Assembly (NCBI GenBank): GCA_033442325.1
Contig: JAWQFM010000019.1
Coordinates: 922,143-951,141 of the forward strand
DNA: 28,999 nucleotides
Direction of reading: 5' to 3'
Source of the DNA: Salpingoeca rosetta
Lineage: Eukaryota; Protista; Choanoflagellata
Positions 1 to 24,810 of this stretch are shown here, piece by piece (position 1 is the first letter of the stretch; every line of letters starts with the position of its first letter). The notes below the pieces were generated by a model, which did not search any database, was not told the DNA's origin, and saw nothing but the letters and a program-made list of their open reading frames with translations. The translations under genes were made by a program, and so were the position numbers.

Positions 1-222
1 CTGTGTTCGGACATGTCTGCACCTGTCTGCCTATGCATGTACCAGCAAAGTCCTGCTCGGCTGAGTCTTTCGCATGTGGTGCTGCCGCACGGCCGTCCCT
101 TGTTATGATAGCCCAATGCCTCCAGGTTTCCCCGCGTTGACACCTCCAACTCGTGCCACTTTTTATTCACACACACACACACATACACACACATACAGGT
201 GCGGGGGGCGTGTGCATTACAG

Positions 223-2189
<1,967 letters not shown>

Positions 2190-2407
2190 AGCAGCATCCC
2201 GCTGTCTGTAGCATGCTGTGCAGACAAATCTACTTTGGCTGCCTGTTCTTGTGTGGTGCTAGGCCCGCTCTTGTCGTGAGTGCTTCTCAAAGATAAACAC
2301 ACACTGAACCACACCTTGCTGCCAACAAATGACACAGTTCAATCAAGGCGTGACTCTTTTGAAGATGTGTGTTGACACAGAAGCACGAGACAACGCCAAG
2401 CATGCAG

Positions 2408-2507
2408 NNNNNNNNNNNNNNNNNNNNNNNNNNNNNNNNNNNNNNNNNNNNNNNNNNNNNNNNNNNNNNNNNNNNNNNNNNNNNNNNNNNNNNNNNNNNN
2501 NNNNNNN
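2408..2507. other. Assembly gap (100 N)
   Basis: Run of N. Confidence 0.99.
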
Positions 2508-2539
2508 ACACACACACACACTACCGCCACTGCGCATAG

Positions 2540-12380
<9,841 letters not shown>

Positions 12381-13670
12381 CGTGCCTGCAGGCAAGGAGG
12401 GAGGAGGCGTGCGGTTTGCAGTGTTTGTGTGTTGGCCTCTGGTGCGTCTTAGTCTTGGCAGAACTTGGAGCGAGCAGGAAGCTGTGCTGCAAAGAAGAAG
12501 AAAATGACCAAGCTGTGCTGCTGTGGGTCGTTGTGAGCAGGTTGCAACTGGTGGTTCTGCTCCTCCTTGCTGCTGCTGTTTGCTTTGTGACACCAGGTCA
12601 GCTTCCACAACCACCAAGCACACGAACCGTTGCCAACAAAGTCAGCAACCACACACAAGCAGAGAAAACCTCCCTCTACCTTGTAGTGTGCCAGCCAGTG
12701 GGCACTCTGTTGGGTGCTGTGTTGGGTGTCCAAACTGCAGCCTTGAGCCTTTCATGACGACGGTTACGGATGTGTATTTCGTGATGCGCAAGTTGGCACA
12801 CAACTCGAACGTGGCCGGAACTGACGAAAAATTCTTCCAAGATAAAGCTGACTTTCAGCTTCGCCACATTTTGGATGTGTTCTGCACGCCATCCCAACAC
12901 CGCCGACCAAGCCAGCAGACCACCAACGTTCAGGCGCGCTGCCACTGCCTTCTCCCGCTTGATGGTTGGGACGGCCTTTCCGGTGTTCGCCGAGCAACGA
13001 GAGAGGGAACAAAATGACGACGCTCAGTTATGTCACATCAGGTTGTTGTGAGGAAAAAGCGACGACGGTCGGAGCCAGCGAAAGCACAAACGGTTATGTT
13101 ACCGTCACACAAATGAAATGTAACACATGTGCAACGGCCTACTAACGGTTGGTGTCGCTCATCCTGTCCCTCCCCCCCCCCCCCAGATTCTTGACAACGA
13201 ACACAAGCACAGCAGTGGCACCCCCATCGTCGTCAGAAATCTCCCATTCTCAAGCAACTAAGCACCGTCCGACCGTCAGTTGGCCAGCAAGCAAGCGAGT
13301 ACGGTGGCGAGATCGTTGCATCGTTTCGGTGCGTTTCGTGTGTGAACCCATGATGAGGCGAAGGAGACAGGGGATATATGTATTAATTGGTGAGACAACG
13401 CCTTATGACCATCCAACCACCAAGCAAAGCCAACACGAGCACACAATACAATAGCCCACATGCAGCAGCTAACAAACGAGCCACTTGCATTTTCTCCGCC
13501 ACATCCACATCCACAGACACGCATACACTCGCACCAGGCAGCACGCCACAACAGCAGCACCTGGTCTTGGTGTTGCCTGCAGGCAAAACACAGGAAGCAC
13601 ACACTGTCTTCCCCTGCCCTCCGCACCTTTGATTGCTTCGCAGCCCATTATTCAGGGTGAGAAGAGTGGG
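12381..13670. promoter_or_regulatory. Shared ~1.3 kb upstream region between divergently transcribed genes (candidate bidirectional promoter, including 5' UTRs)
   Basis: Lies between the - strand ATG at 12380 and the + strand ATG at 13671, with no credible ORF. No specific promoter motif was identified. Confidence 0.5.
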
Positions 13671-15345
13671 ATGACAACAACGTCAGTCTCAGTCATGCTC
13701 AACCGCGGCAGTGCTTCGGCCATGTCGACTGTGGCTGCAACGCTGCTCATTGCCGCACTCATCTACATGCAGCCAGCCGAAGCATACGTCAACGAATATG
13801 TGAGTGACAGCAGGGCGGCAGCTCTTCCCTTTCCGCGATTGTTGGTTTCCTTTCTGTGCATTGTGACTGTTTATGTGGTGGCGATCTTCTTCCACAACAC
13901 ACACACATACACACACACACTGAGCTTGTGAACATGCAACTGTGCAACATCACCACACAGCTGGAGGACGTGTACTTCCGCTGCGATACGGGAGAAGGCC
14001 TCACCTACATGACCAGCAAATACAGCGACAACAAGTATGATCGCCGTTGGGACTTCAGCTGTGCCCCGATTGGCACCGCCTCCAGCGACACGCAGAGCAG
14101 TGGTGGTTACGACGTTCGCGACCTTTACAGCAACAACAACTACGACTGTGCAAGCGGCTACTGTAAGTGCGTGTCTGTTTGAGAGCAAGGAACGTGAGCT
14201 CTCTTGTGCCCGATCCCATCCTGCCCCCTCATTTCCTTGCACTCTCGTGGTATTGTGTGCATTCAACGCTCACCCAATATCGTAATCTGTGCGCACTCAG
14301 ACATGGAGAAGCTTGAATCGACATACAGCAGTGTGGACCGCTTGTGGAAGTACACCTGCCGTCGACCGAACAACGTTCAACTGCTCAACTGTGCACAAAC
14401 ATGTGCGCTTCATGCAATTCGCCTTGTGTCACTTTTGATGCCTGTATCGTTTGTCATAAGAGGGGTGCTTGAAACAAGTTGGCTGTTGCATAGTGAACGG
14501 GGTTTCAGTGCGATTTACACACACATACATACAAGCACACATACACGCATCCACATCTCCACAAACGCACGCACATATCCACACGCACACATACACACCT
14601 CCACACACGCACGCACACATACACACCTTCACACACGCACACACACACACGCATCCACAAACGCACGCACACATACACACACGTCCTTACATGACAATCG
14701 CACCTGCTTGTCAACACAGCGTCTTATGAAAACTCGAGGACGGGCAACCTTGACTACGACATCACTGGCACCAACAAGATCATCACTGGCTTGTACAGCA
14801 AATACACCGACACCGTTTTGTAAGAACATGTATTCCTGTGTGTGCGTGTGTGTGCATTTTCGTGTGTACGTGTACGCGGTGTAGACATGCTTGTGCGTAG
14901 TGCGCGTGTGTCGAGCGCATGTCGCTCGTACAGCGCATGCGTTGCACACATGACTCACGCATTTCTCCCTTATCGATTGCGCGTGTTAGTGAGTGGGATC
15001 GTCGTTGGAAAATCACCACGTGCGAAGTGGAGTGCGACCTGACTGGCGATTACGTCAACAGCGACGTTCCCCGAGTGTGCACCAGTAAGATTGAATGAAA
15101 ATCTGCGCAAAGATATCATCGCGCGCACATGCATGTGTGATTGTGTGTGTGTGTGTGTGTCTGTCTGTCTGTCTGTGTGTCGGCCGTACCAATGCATGGG
15201 CATGTGACAAGGCCATGTGTGCAGCAGCTTCCTGTCATGTTGCCGCGGAGCAACTTCACGCGACTACACCAGCCTTTTGGTTCTTGATTGTTCTCACTGT
15301 TACCATTGTGTATGTACACGTGTGCGTCTGTCTGCGTGTGTGTGC

Positions 15346-15434
<89 letters not shown>

Positions 15435-18326
15435 TCCAACTTCTTCCCCCGTGCATCCCGTTTTCTCCTTGGCAGCGCTGTCCCCGAGTGGCATCACCAA
15501 CGGGAACTTTGTCGCTGACTACCAAGAACCGTTTGGCTCGTACTGCGAGACCTCCACCGCCATCACGACAATCTCGACACAGTTTGCAGCTAGCAGCACA
15601 GACCGTCGCTGGGCCTTCACGTGCACGAAACCAACCAGCGGTGGGCAGGTTATCACCAGCCAGACCTGGTCCACTCCCGCCTATGGAAAGCTTGGGACAG
15701 CGTTCACCGTCTCCTGCCCAAGCAACACATGTCAGTCAATTGGGGAGCCGGGGGCGATGATAGTTGTGACTCGAGCGTGGGACACGGTCGGGTTACAAAC
15801 CCGTGCAACGCATGCATGGCGCTGACTCTTGCATGCTTTGCTGGAAGACAGGTGCAGCTTGCACAAGTGTGTGTGTGCGTGATTGTACCTGCTTTACGCA
15901 TTTGCTTGTTTGCACGCTCTACGTGTGTCCACATTCACGTGTTGTGGCGCTCCACAGCATTTCTCTCATCTCTGTCTTCAATTCGCGCTCCATATCCTGT
16001 TTGCAGACATCACTGGCGTGAAGTCTGCCTATGTTTCGTCGTTTCAAGACCGCGTGTACTCGTTCCAGTGCACTGGCTATGAGAACACCGAGATCTCCGC
16101 CGTGAATTGCAACGGCGCTGTGGCTGTCAATGCTGCTGGCGCAGACTTTGACTTCTCAACAAGCTCCGGCGCATATGTCATCACAAGTTCGTGTGCTTCC
16201 TCGTTTACCCGCCTCCTCTGTCGTCGAGAGAGGCTGTACTGCCTCTGCTCGGTGTTGCAGCATCACCACCACCCACACGACCTGTCGAATACGTGCATGG
16301 TACTCTGCTCGCTCACCATCTTGCTGTCTCGTGCATCTGCTTTCATTCACAGGTTTGACATCCACATTTGATTCTTCCACAAGTGACCGCGAGTGGACCT
16401 TTACTGAGTGCAAGGTGGGTGCCAAAGACACACGTTGCTCTGACCAGTGTCAAGCTCAACTGATCTGCTGGCTGACCAGCTGATGCGCAATCATGATGGT
16501 GGATTTGTGCATGTTATTGTCATTCACATGTACTTTTTGCATGCGTTGCGCAGCCACAATGCGTCGATGGCACCATGCTCAACAGCGACGGGTATTGCAG
16601 CGGTGCGTTTGCGCTGTATGCGTGTGTGTCTGTGTGCATGTGTCTGTGTATGCGTGCGTGTGTCTGTGTATGCGTGCGTGTGTGTGCATGCCGTTGTGTG
16701 CGTGTGGTTCTTTGCCTGCGGTTTTGTGCGCGTGATGTTGTGGTGCCCTCTGTGCGGAACGGAGTAATTCGTCATTCCAAGCACCGTGGACGCGCCCAGG
16801 CTCACTTAGAATAGCTGTGTCCAATGTCGACAGAGCCTGTGTGTCCTCAGTTGACGATCACCCATGGCACCATCTCGGGTGATTGCACCGGATTTGAAGG
16901 TCGGTGCGCGAAACCCTTCTTGTTCGGGTCCATGAGTCGAACTGCTGTGTCCAAGGAATAACACGTCATCCACATGCTTGTCCGCCTGGCTTGGCCGCTT
17001 GCACGTCGCAGGCGATGAATGCACGTTTGAGAGCTGCAACACCGGATACGAATTCAGCAGCGCAGCGACAACGCGCACGTGTGACGCTGATGGTGCCTGG
17101 TCTGGTGCAGACATCACATGTGAACGTAAGTTACAACGAGGGCTTGAAACATTGGGCAAATGCACAGTATGTGTTGTGTGTGTGTTCTGTGTGATTGTGT
17201 GTGTGAGACCATACTTTTGTTCTCGTTTGTGGAAGTATGCTGCGTGTGCTGTGTTTGGTTGCCCATGTTGTTTTGTTGAAACACACGCATCTTTACTCAC
17301 CCTCGGTCGCGCGAAATGTTGGCTTGCATCCACTGTAGCAATCACTTGCAACAGGCTGACGCATTCACAGATTACCCTCATTGGCAGCTGCAGCGGCAAT
17401 TACGGTGATGACGCACCAGCATCCTTCGTCGCTCTTATGATTGCCTGCATCACACCCACGTAAACAGATCGACTTGCTGTGTCACTCTGTCACGTCTTCT
17501 GCCGCTGATTCCGCTTACACGCACACACACACACACATGCTTGCATGCATGCATATTCATTCACGTCACAGGTGACGTGTGCACGTACTACTCCTGCCCT
17601 TCTGGTTACGCCCTGCGCGGCACCACCTTCTCGCGCGAATGCACCGCAGACGGCTGGACAGGAACGGAACCCTACTGTGAACGTGCGTGGCTTGATTTTA
17701 AAATGAATGCATGCAGTGTCTTTGGAGGATTATGTGGGATTGACATTCCTTCGTTCCTACACTTGCCCGTCGGTCTTTGTCTTCTGTGTTTGTTGTGTCA
17801 CTCACACGCTCTCTTCACATCGACACCGTACTTGCCCCATGAATTTGCGGTGACAGTCCTGGAATGCTCTGAATTGACTGCTCCCACGAATGGATGGCGG
17901 GGCGACACGTGCACGGGCACGCTTGGTGAGTGAATGTGATCATTCAATGTAATGGCCATGGCTCTGTGTGTGTATGTGACTGCGCGCGCGTGTGTGTGCG
18001 TGTGGGTATGTGTGTGTGTGTGTGTGTTCCACTGCAATGTTAGCGTTGGAATGGGTGATGCCACAAAAGTGTGATGTTGTTGCATCCCCTCACATGCACG
18101 TGTGTCATGGATCGACAATCGCTGGCAGGGTCGACATGCGAGCGGGGCTGCAACGACGGCTTTGTGCTGTCGCCAACAGAGGCCAGTGGCGGTTTCACTC
18201 GCACCTGCACAGAAACAACAGATTCTGACGGGCTCGCTGTGGCTGAGTGGACAGGCTCCGAGCGCACATGCATTAGTAAGATTGTACGCAACCAGTTAAG
18301 GGAGAGGGGGAGAGGGAGAGAGAGAG

Positions 18327-18394
<68 letters not shown>

Positions 18395-19299
18395 GGAGGC
18401 AGACTGTGTGTGGGTGAATATGAGCGGGCGGGTGTAGGTGGAGTCGGATACGAGCACGATGCAACTGTACTTCTGCACCATCCGCTCACATGGAACACAT
18501 TGCTCTGCGTAATCGCATCACTCGCGTTCAACTTGATGCATTCTCCAGCGGTTGACTGCGGCGAAATCGTGCTGGCGAACGGGCAGACGACTGGCGAATG
18601 CAGCGGCAACTATGGTGAGCAACCTGTAACTGCAAACAATCAACAAGGAATCGTGCCTTGTCAGACTGATCCGAGAGCAACATACAATGTTATGTACGTT
18701 ATACTATGCGTGTCCTATACCGCCCTGCATAATCATACACAATCTTACACAATCATGCACTTCATGTCATGACAGATGACACGTGCACCTACGATGAATG
18801 TGACACTGGATATGCGCTGTCGTCTGGCGGCTCCACTCGTCGCACGTGCGGTGTGACGGACGGCGTCGCTGCCTGGTCTGGCACATCCAAGCAGTGCGAA
18901 GGTGAGAGATGGACGGAGAGAGAGGGATGCATGTAAATGTGTGTGTGTGTGTGCATATGCGTGCGGGGAGCAAGGGATCAGTTTGCACAGTCTGTGCGCG
19001 CCATGTCATTCTTGCTCCACGACACCAACGTGTCACGAATGAGCACCATGTGTGTCTCCCCATAGTCACTACTAATACCACCACGACGTCTCTATTTGGG
19101 TTGCAGTGGTGACGTGCTCAAGCATCGAAGTGCAGAATGGTGTAACAAGTGGCACTTGCGACGGCACTGTGGGTGGCGAGTGCAGTTTCACCTGCGACAC
19201 CGGGTATTGGCCATCATCATCTGGCAGCACAACCACGACATGTGTACTCAATGCGGACGGACACTCCGCCTCTTGGGATGCAACCATCGCAACATGCAC

Positions 19300-19349
<50 letters not shown>

Positions 19350-22300
19350 CTGCTTGTTTGGCGACGAGGTGCTCATCCAAGCATCCAGTTGTGGTCGTTT
19401 GTGCACTCATGCTGTTTCGCACATTTCCTATGCATTGTTACTCTTGCGTGCTATCACGTGCCTGCCAGAGGTGATGTGCCCGACGCTGACGCTGGAATAC
19501 GGCAGCGTGTCTGGGTCCTGCTCTGGCACCGTTGGTAAGAAAGGGATGGGGAGGCTTGGCTGCCATGTGCATATGACGATGTAGAAGGCACGGCCTTATC
19601 TTCTATCCTGAGTTGCTGCTCGAGACCTTGTCTCATGTGAAACGTTGTTGGTGTTGCTGGTTTTTCCCCGTCAGGCGACGTCTGTGTCTACGATAGCTGT
19701 GATGACGGCTTTGTGTTTGGCATTGGCGGCAGCTCGTCACGCACATGCATTCAAGACGAAGACACGGCATACTGGGACGGCGACGAGAAGACATGTTTGG
19801 GTACGCAGCAGTCACTGTATATATTTGTGTATGTGTGTGTGTGTGTGGTTGAGGAAGCGCGCGTGTGTGTTGTTGAGTTGTCACACCGCTCACACACATT
19901 CACACACACACACACATTCACACACTCTCTGTCGCACTCCCTTTCCTTCTCTGGTACAGAAACGATTGAGGGTGATGGAGGGACCAATTTCACCATTGCC
20001 TGTGCTGCCGGTCAGGCCATCACTGGCCTCTACTACACCTCCGGTGAGCCCTGCAGTTGCAGTTATATCTCATCGTTTGCAGCACTACACGTTGGCACTT
20101 ATCCGTATTTAGTTTCGCACCCGTCAGTCTCATGCGTATTAGCATCTGCCATTACCGTTGTCGTTGTCACTGCTGGTGATGCTATCATGCCCTCACCATT
20201 GTTGCTTGCCTGCAGGCACAGACACGTACGAGATTCTGTGCCAAGACGCGGGAGCGTCTCTTTCCAAGCGCATCTACGCATCCGCAGAGACACTAACCGT
20301 GAGCGGCAACACGGCCCAGTACTGCGATTTCGACACCTATGGTGCGTCGTTCGTGTGTCGGTGCGTGTGAAAGTGGGCGTGCGTGTGTATTTGATTGAGC
20401 CAAGGACAACAGCCACTGCTTCGTGATGGCTTTGCAAATCATGCACAATTCATCCCATCTGAGACATGAACATGTGCTGTACCCCGACCCTCAATCTTAG
20501 CCGTTAGCGGCGTCTCCAAGAAGGGGTCAACCCTCGTGTATGATTGCTCGCTGCTGGCTGGCGCAGAGCTTGTTGACTGCACGCTTGGTGATACACTTTC
20601 CGGCAGTTACAGCATCCTGGCACCCGAGGGATCAGTCTTTGCAGGTCAGTGTTATGCTCACGTGCATGTGTGCGTGCGTGTGTGTGTGTGAGTGTGTGTG
20701 TGTGCGTGCATGTGTGTGTGCATGTGTGTGTGCGCGCGCGTGTGTGTGTGCATGTGTGTGTGCGTGTGTGCGTGAGTAGCGCTGCTGTGATACGTCTGTT
20801 TGCAGATTGTGATCACAGCCCTTCTCTGCTTCGACACCCAACGTTGGCGTGTTGTGCTCATAAGAGCGTTTCTTTCAACATGACTCAACTTTCAGGCATT
20901 TACAACACGGACTCAACTTCCCCTCAAGTTCGCGTGTGCGACGTACGTCCTGCCTCTATTGGCACACGTGTGTGTGTGCGTGCGTGTGTGTGTTTGTGTA
21001 TGTGAGCAATGATGGCATGAACTGCGTCGAGTCACGTGGGTTACGCGTCTGCCAAGAACGTACCCGCGTGAACTCGTTTTGCGAGTCTGTTCTGGCCTTC
21101 ATTCTGGTCGTGTTGTGTCTGAACACTGGCAGGTCCGCTGTCGCGAGGAGGATGGCTTCTACTCCGTCGGGGGAACCAAGTGCAGGCGTGAGTTGAAACA
21201 TACAATGTGAATCAATGTGACGAGATAAGGAAGGAGAAGCGGCAGTTGTAGTTCATGGTGACCCGCAAACATTTCACACATCACCCCCAATCTCAACCGT
21301 ATTGCTTGGCCACCACCCCGTCGACAGAGCTGTCCTGCGGTGCTCTAACGCTGACAAATGGCGCGACGTCTGGCACGTGCTCTGGTGCTAAAGGTATGTG
21401 CGCGTGCGTGTGTATGTGTGCGAGCGTACGTGCTACTGTGCTCTCCGTAATAGTCAATGCTGTTCACTGCAACTTCCTTTTGTGTGTGTGCATGTGTGTG
21501 AGGAGGGAACGTGACATGCACACGTTAGAGTCACACACCCAAACGCACACATAAACGCACAGGTGACACGTGCACGTACGAGAGCTGCAACTATGGGTAT
21601 GAGCTGTCCGCCTCTGGCGACACGTCCCGCACATGCTCCATCACCAACGGCCGAGCAGAGTGGTCTGGCGTCGCAAAGACCTGCCAACGTGAGTTGAGGA
21701 CTGTTGACAATGTTCTTTTATTGTTGTTGTCTCATCCGCCCGATCCTGCAGCATGTTGTAATGTTCTTGTGACCAGCATTCCTACATGCATGGTGACTGC
21801 ATCATATCATATCACAACCTCAGCGCAGTTCATGTGCGGGCGTGTCACGTGTTTCACTTCTGTTGCGTCAGTCTCACACGTCTTCCGTGTTGCCATCTTG
21901 CCGTGTTTCTTTCCTCGACCTCCAGCCATCTCCACGACTGGATCACCCACAACCGTCAACGCGTGTGAAGGCCTGAGCCGTTCCCTCAATCCGGCCACGT
22001 GCCGCGAACGTTGTGAGCGTAACAACGAGGACTCGACTTTCATGGCCACCTACGGCGGCTGCACGCGGGTGAGGTTTCACGCACACGTACAAGTGTACAC
22101 GCGCACGTGCACACTTTCATGCATTCACGTACATTCACGCGCATTCATGTAGCATGCAGCGGTAACACAGAAGAGAAGAAGCTGGTGTGCAGGCCATGCG
22201 TCCCACGCCACAGCAATGCTGCAAATGTACACATGCTGCTTACATCGTCCAATGTGCACGTGCAACGCGTGTGCATGTAACTTGGTCAATTGCAGGTGTG

Positions 22301-23820
22301 CACGTGCGGGTGCAGGAAACGCTTCGAGATTACTCAAGAAGAGGATGACTGTTCAGCGCATTGTGCATCACAAGGACTGGACGCCTCTTTCTTCGAGGAG
22401 CACGAGGGCTGCCGCAATGTACGTCACGTGTTGTGTGCGTGTGTATGTGGGTGGGTGTGGGTTTGAATGTGTAATGTTGTGCGTGTGCATGTGTGTATGC
22501 TTGATGTGATCTTGTGTGGCCATGACTGTACGGGTACACCGACGGCCAGGATCAGACTACAAGCACCGTGGCAACTGCAGCCCTTAAAGCATCCTCTCAT
22601 TTCACCACAAAACACACATGTACACACATATGCACACACACGCTCACACGCACACGCGCGCGCATACACACTCACACGCACACTGTTGGCAGGTGTGCCT
22701 GTGCTTTGAGGCAAGCACCCGCTCAACCGCTACCACTGTGACGACGACGACAGAAGTCACTTTCACCACACAGGTGACCGGCACTGTGGAAACCATCGCC
22801 GGCAACGGCCTGGTGGACTGGACGGGGTCGAGTGACCCCACAGCAACGGGCCTCAACCAGGCCGAGTGCGTTGCCGTGGACGTGACGGGCGCCACGTACA
22901 TTGCCATCCGCCACCGCGTCGTGAGCATCTCGCGTGACGGCAGCACCATCACCACCATCGCCGGCACCAAGACCCGCGGGTCCGCTGGCGTTGGCGGCCT
23001 GGCCACAGCTGCGCAGCTGGACCGCCCCACGTGCGTGGCCGTCGACACCATCGGCAACGTGTACATCTCGGAGAAGGGCAACCACCGTGTCAGCGTCGTG
23101 GACGCAAGCACGGGCGTCCTGTCTGTGTTTGTCGGCACGGGCGAGGCCGGCCATCGTGGCATGGGCGGCTCAAGTCGCGCGGCGCAGATCCACTCCCCGC
23201 ATGGCCTTGCGTTCGACAGCCGCGGCACGCTGTACATTGCCGACACGGAGAACCATGTTGTGTACGGTGTGGACCGACGCTCCCTTGTGATTGACGTCGT
23301 TGCTGGCACGCCCTTCCGCAAAGGATACCACGGTGACGGCCGCCCAGCCACAACCGCGTGGCTCAACGCGCCCACGGGCATTGCTGTTCGCGGTGCGGGT
23401 GATTTGTACATTGCTGACACGGGCAACAACCGCATCCGCTACGTTGATCTGGACAGCGACAACATCATCGACACATTGGTTGGCACGGGCCGCTACGGCG
23501 GTGATGTGGACGGCAGCACGACCACTGCTGCGCTTGAGACGAATCTGGACCACCCTGAAGGCGTTGCTGTCAATGCAGAGGGCACCACGCTGGTCATTGC
23601 AGACACAAACAAGCACGTGCTGCGGTCTGTGAGCTTGAACGGCGATGATTCCCCGGTGACCGTGCTTGCAGGCACGGGCAGTCGAGGCTTCAACGGCGAC
23701 GGGAACGATCCAACCGCCACCAAGTTCCGCTCACCCGTCAGCGTCGCCTACGACATTGGCGAACGCGCAATTGTGTTTGTGGACCAGCAGAATCGTCGCA
23801 TTCGACGCGTGCACCTTTGA
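13671..23820 (+). CDS. Secreted dermatopontin-sushi-NHL protein, 30 predicted exons, 1,455 aa: 13671-13799, 13961-14162, 14301-14402, 14720-14819, 14990-15084, 15476-15730, 16007-16186, 16353-16414, 16554-16602, 16834-16899, 17012-17125, 17339-17404, 17572-17682, 17857-17925, 18129-18275, 18549-18614, 18776-18901, 19107-19301, 19469-19534, 19675-19800, 19960-20043, 20216-20341, 20501-20644, 20896-20942, 21133-21187, 21328-21393, 21563-21688, 21926-22068, 22296-22418, 22693-23820
   Basis: Signal peptide (MSTVAATLLIAALIYMQPAEA; the start could be 13722). All 29 introns are GT-AG with matching phases, and the summed exon length of 4,368 nt is one open frame. No TM segment seen. Confidence 0.85.
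13785..16602 (+). other. Two tandem dermatopontin-like domains, each followed by a short 2-Cys linker
   Basis: Six repeats: YDRRWDFSC, VDRLWKYTC, WDRRWKITTC; then TDRRWAFTC, QDRVYSFQC, SDREWTFTEC. Confidence 0.85.
15350..15431. repeat. (GT)n intronic microsatellite
   Basis: Directly visible. Confidence 0.95.
16834..21688 (+). other. Seven six-Cys sushi/CCP modules: six in tandem at 16834-19800 and one at 21328-21688, separated by a degenerate dermatopontin-like domain
   Basis: Consensus C-x2-L-x3-NG-x3-G-x-C-x-G-x2-GD-x-C-x-Y-x2-C-x2-GY...R-x-C...W-x-G-x4-C repeated seven times. Confidence 0.88.
22770..23820 (+). other. NHL-repeat beta-propeller (about six repeats), intronless
   Basis: Repeats such as AQLDRPTCVAVDTIGNVYISEKGNHRV, IHSPHGLAFDSRGTLYIADTENHVV and LNAPTGIAVRGAGDLYIADTGNNRIR, with G-x-x-GDG...A linkers. 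Confidence 0.92.
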
Positions 23821-24810
23821 TGGCTCAGAAACACAATGTCGTATTTGTTTGTAATTGCGACCGCGTGTGTATGTGCTTCTGTTGCTTGTGTTTGCGCACT
23901 TCTCGTATCGTTGTTTTTTGTTCGTTTTGGCGCTTGTCTCGTATGATTGCTCTGATTCATGTGGTAGTCTGTGTGATGCTGTCTGAGTTGCAGGTCACTG
24001 TGGTAAAGTGGCTTGGTTTGCTGCCTTACCTGCATGTTTTTTTTTTTTTGGTTGTGTTGTCGTGAGCATGCCTGCATGCTAATGGTTGATTTGCCCTTCC
24101 TGTTGATTTGTACGTGGCGGAACGAGAGCGCTCGATCAACCCCCTTGTCTCTCTGTCTGCTGTGCAGCGGTGGTGTGGTTTGCCACCCCAGCACTCCGGC
24201 TCTGTGAATGACGAACAAGAAATAAGTTGGATCACAAACGAAGCTCCTGTTCGTAATGAGAGGCATTGCGTTTGGATGAACCGTCTGGTAGACAGGGTGG
24301 GTGAGGGAAGGCATCTATGATGCTGCAACAAACACGAATCTCCTCTTGTGGCTGGTTCTCTCTTCATCGTCTCAATGCAGCACCCCCTTCTCGCTCATCG
24401 ACATCGTGAGTTTTCCATTCAAGTGATTTGAGTTGTGTGCGCTGTTGGACGACAGTTGTCAGTATTACTTTGATGTGTGTGCGTGCTCTCACATGGTGTC
24501 CACACACGTGTCCGCCAACAAGACACACATCAAACAGCACAGTTGAATGCTCACATAAAGGGGAGGGAGGGCATGAAAAACAAATGTGGGTCAACAGACT
24601 TAAGATTGTGCACCACAGTTGCGAGCGGAGTGGGTTGTAACAAATCACACTCCACGACAGCAAGCGACACAAACCCCATGTAACTACACAAACACAAGGG
24701 GAATAGGAGCAGAGAAGGCATCATGTCATGCCATGTTGCCTCAAAGCTGCAGTTGTTCCCGATGCTTGCTTGGTTGCTTGGTTGCTTGGTTGCTGTGGCG
24801 TGTGCTTTGA

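Noticed and set aside
12416-13660. Short ORFs in the divergent spacer
   Set aside because: No motifs and no coherent exon chain; more likely UTR or promoter sequence.
22644-23723. Minus-strand ORFs (263 aa and shorter)
   Set aside because: They are antisense to the NHL exon.
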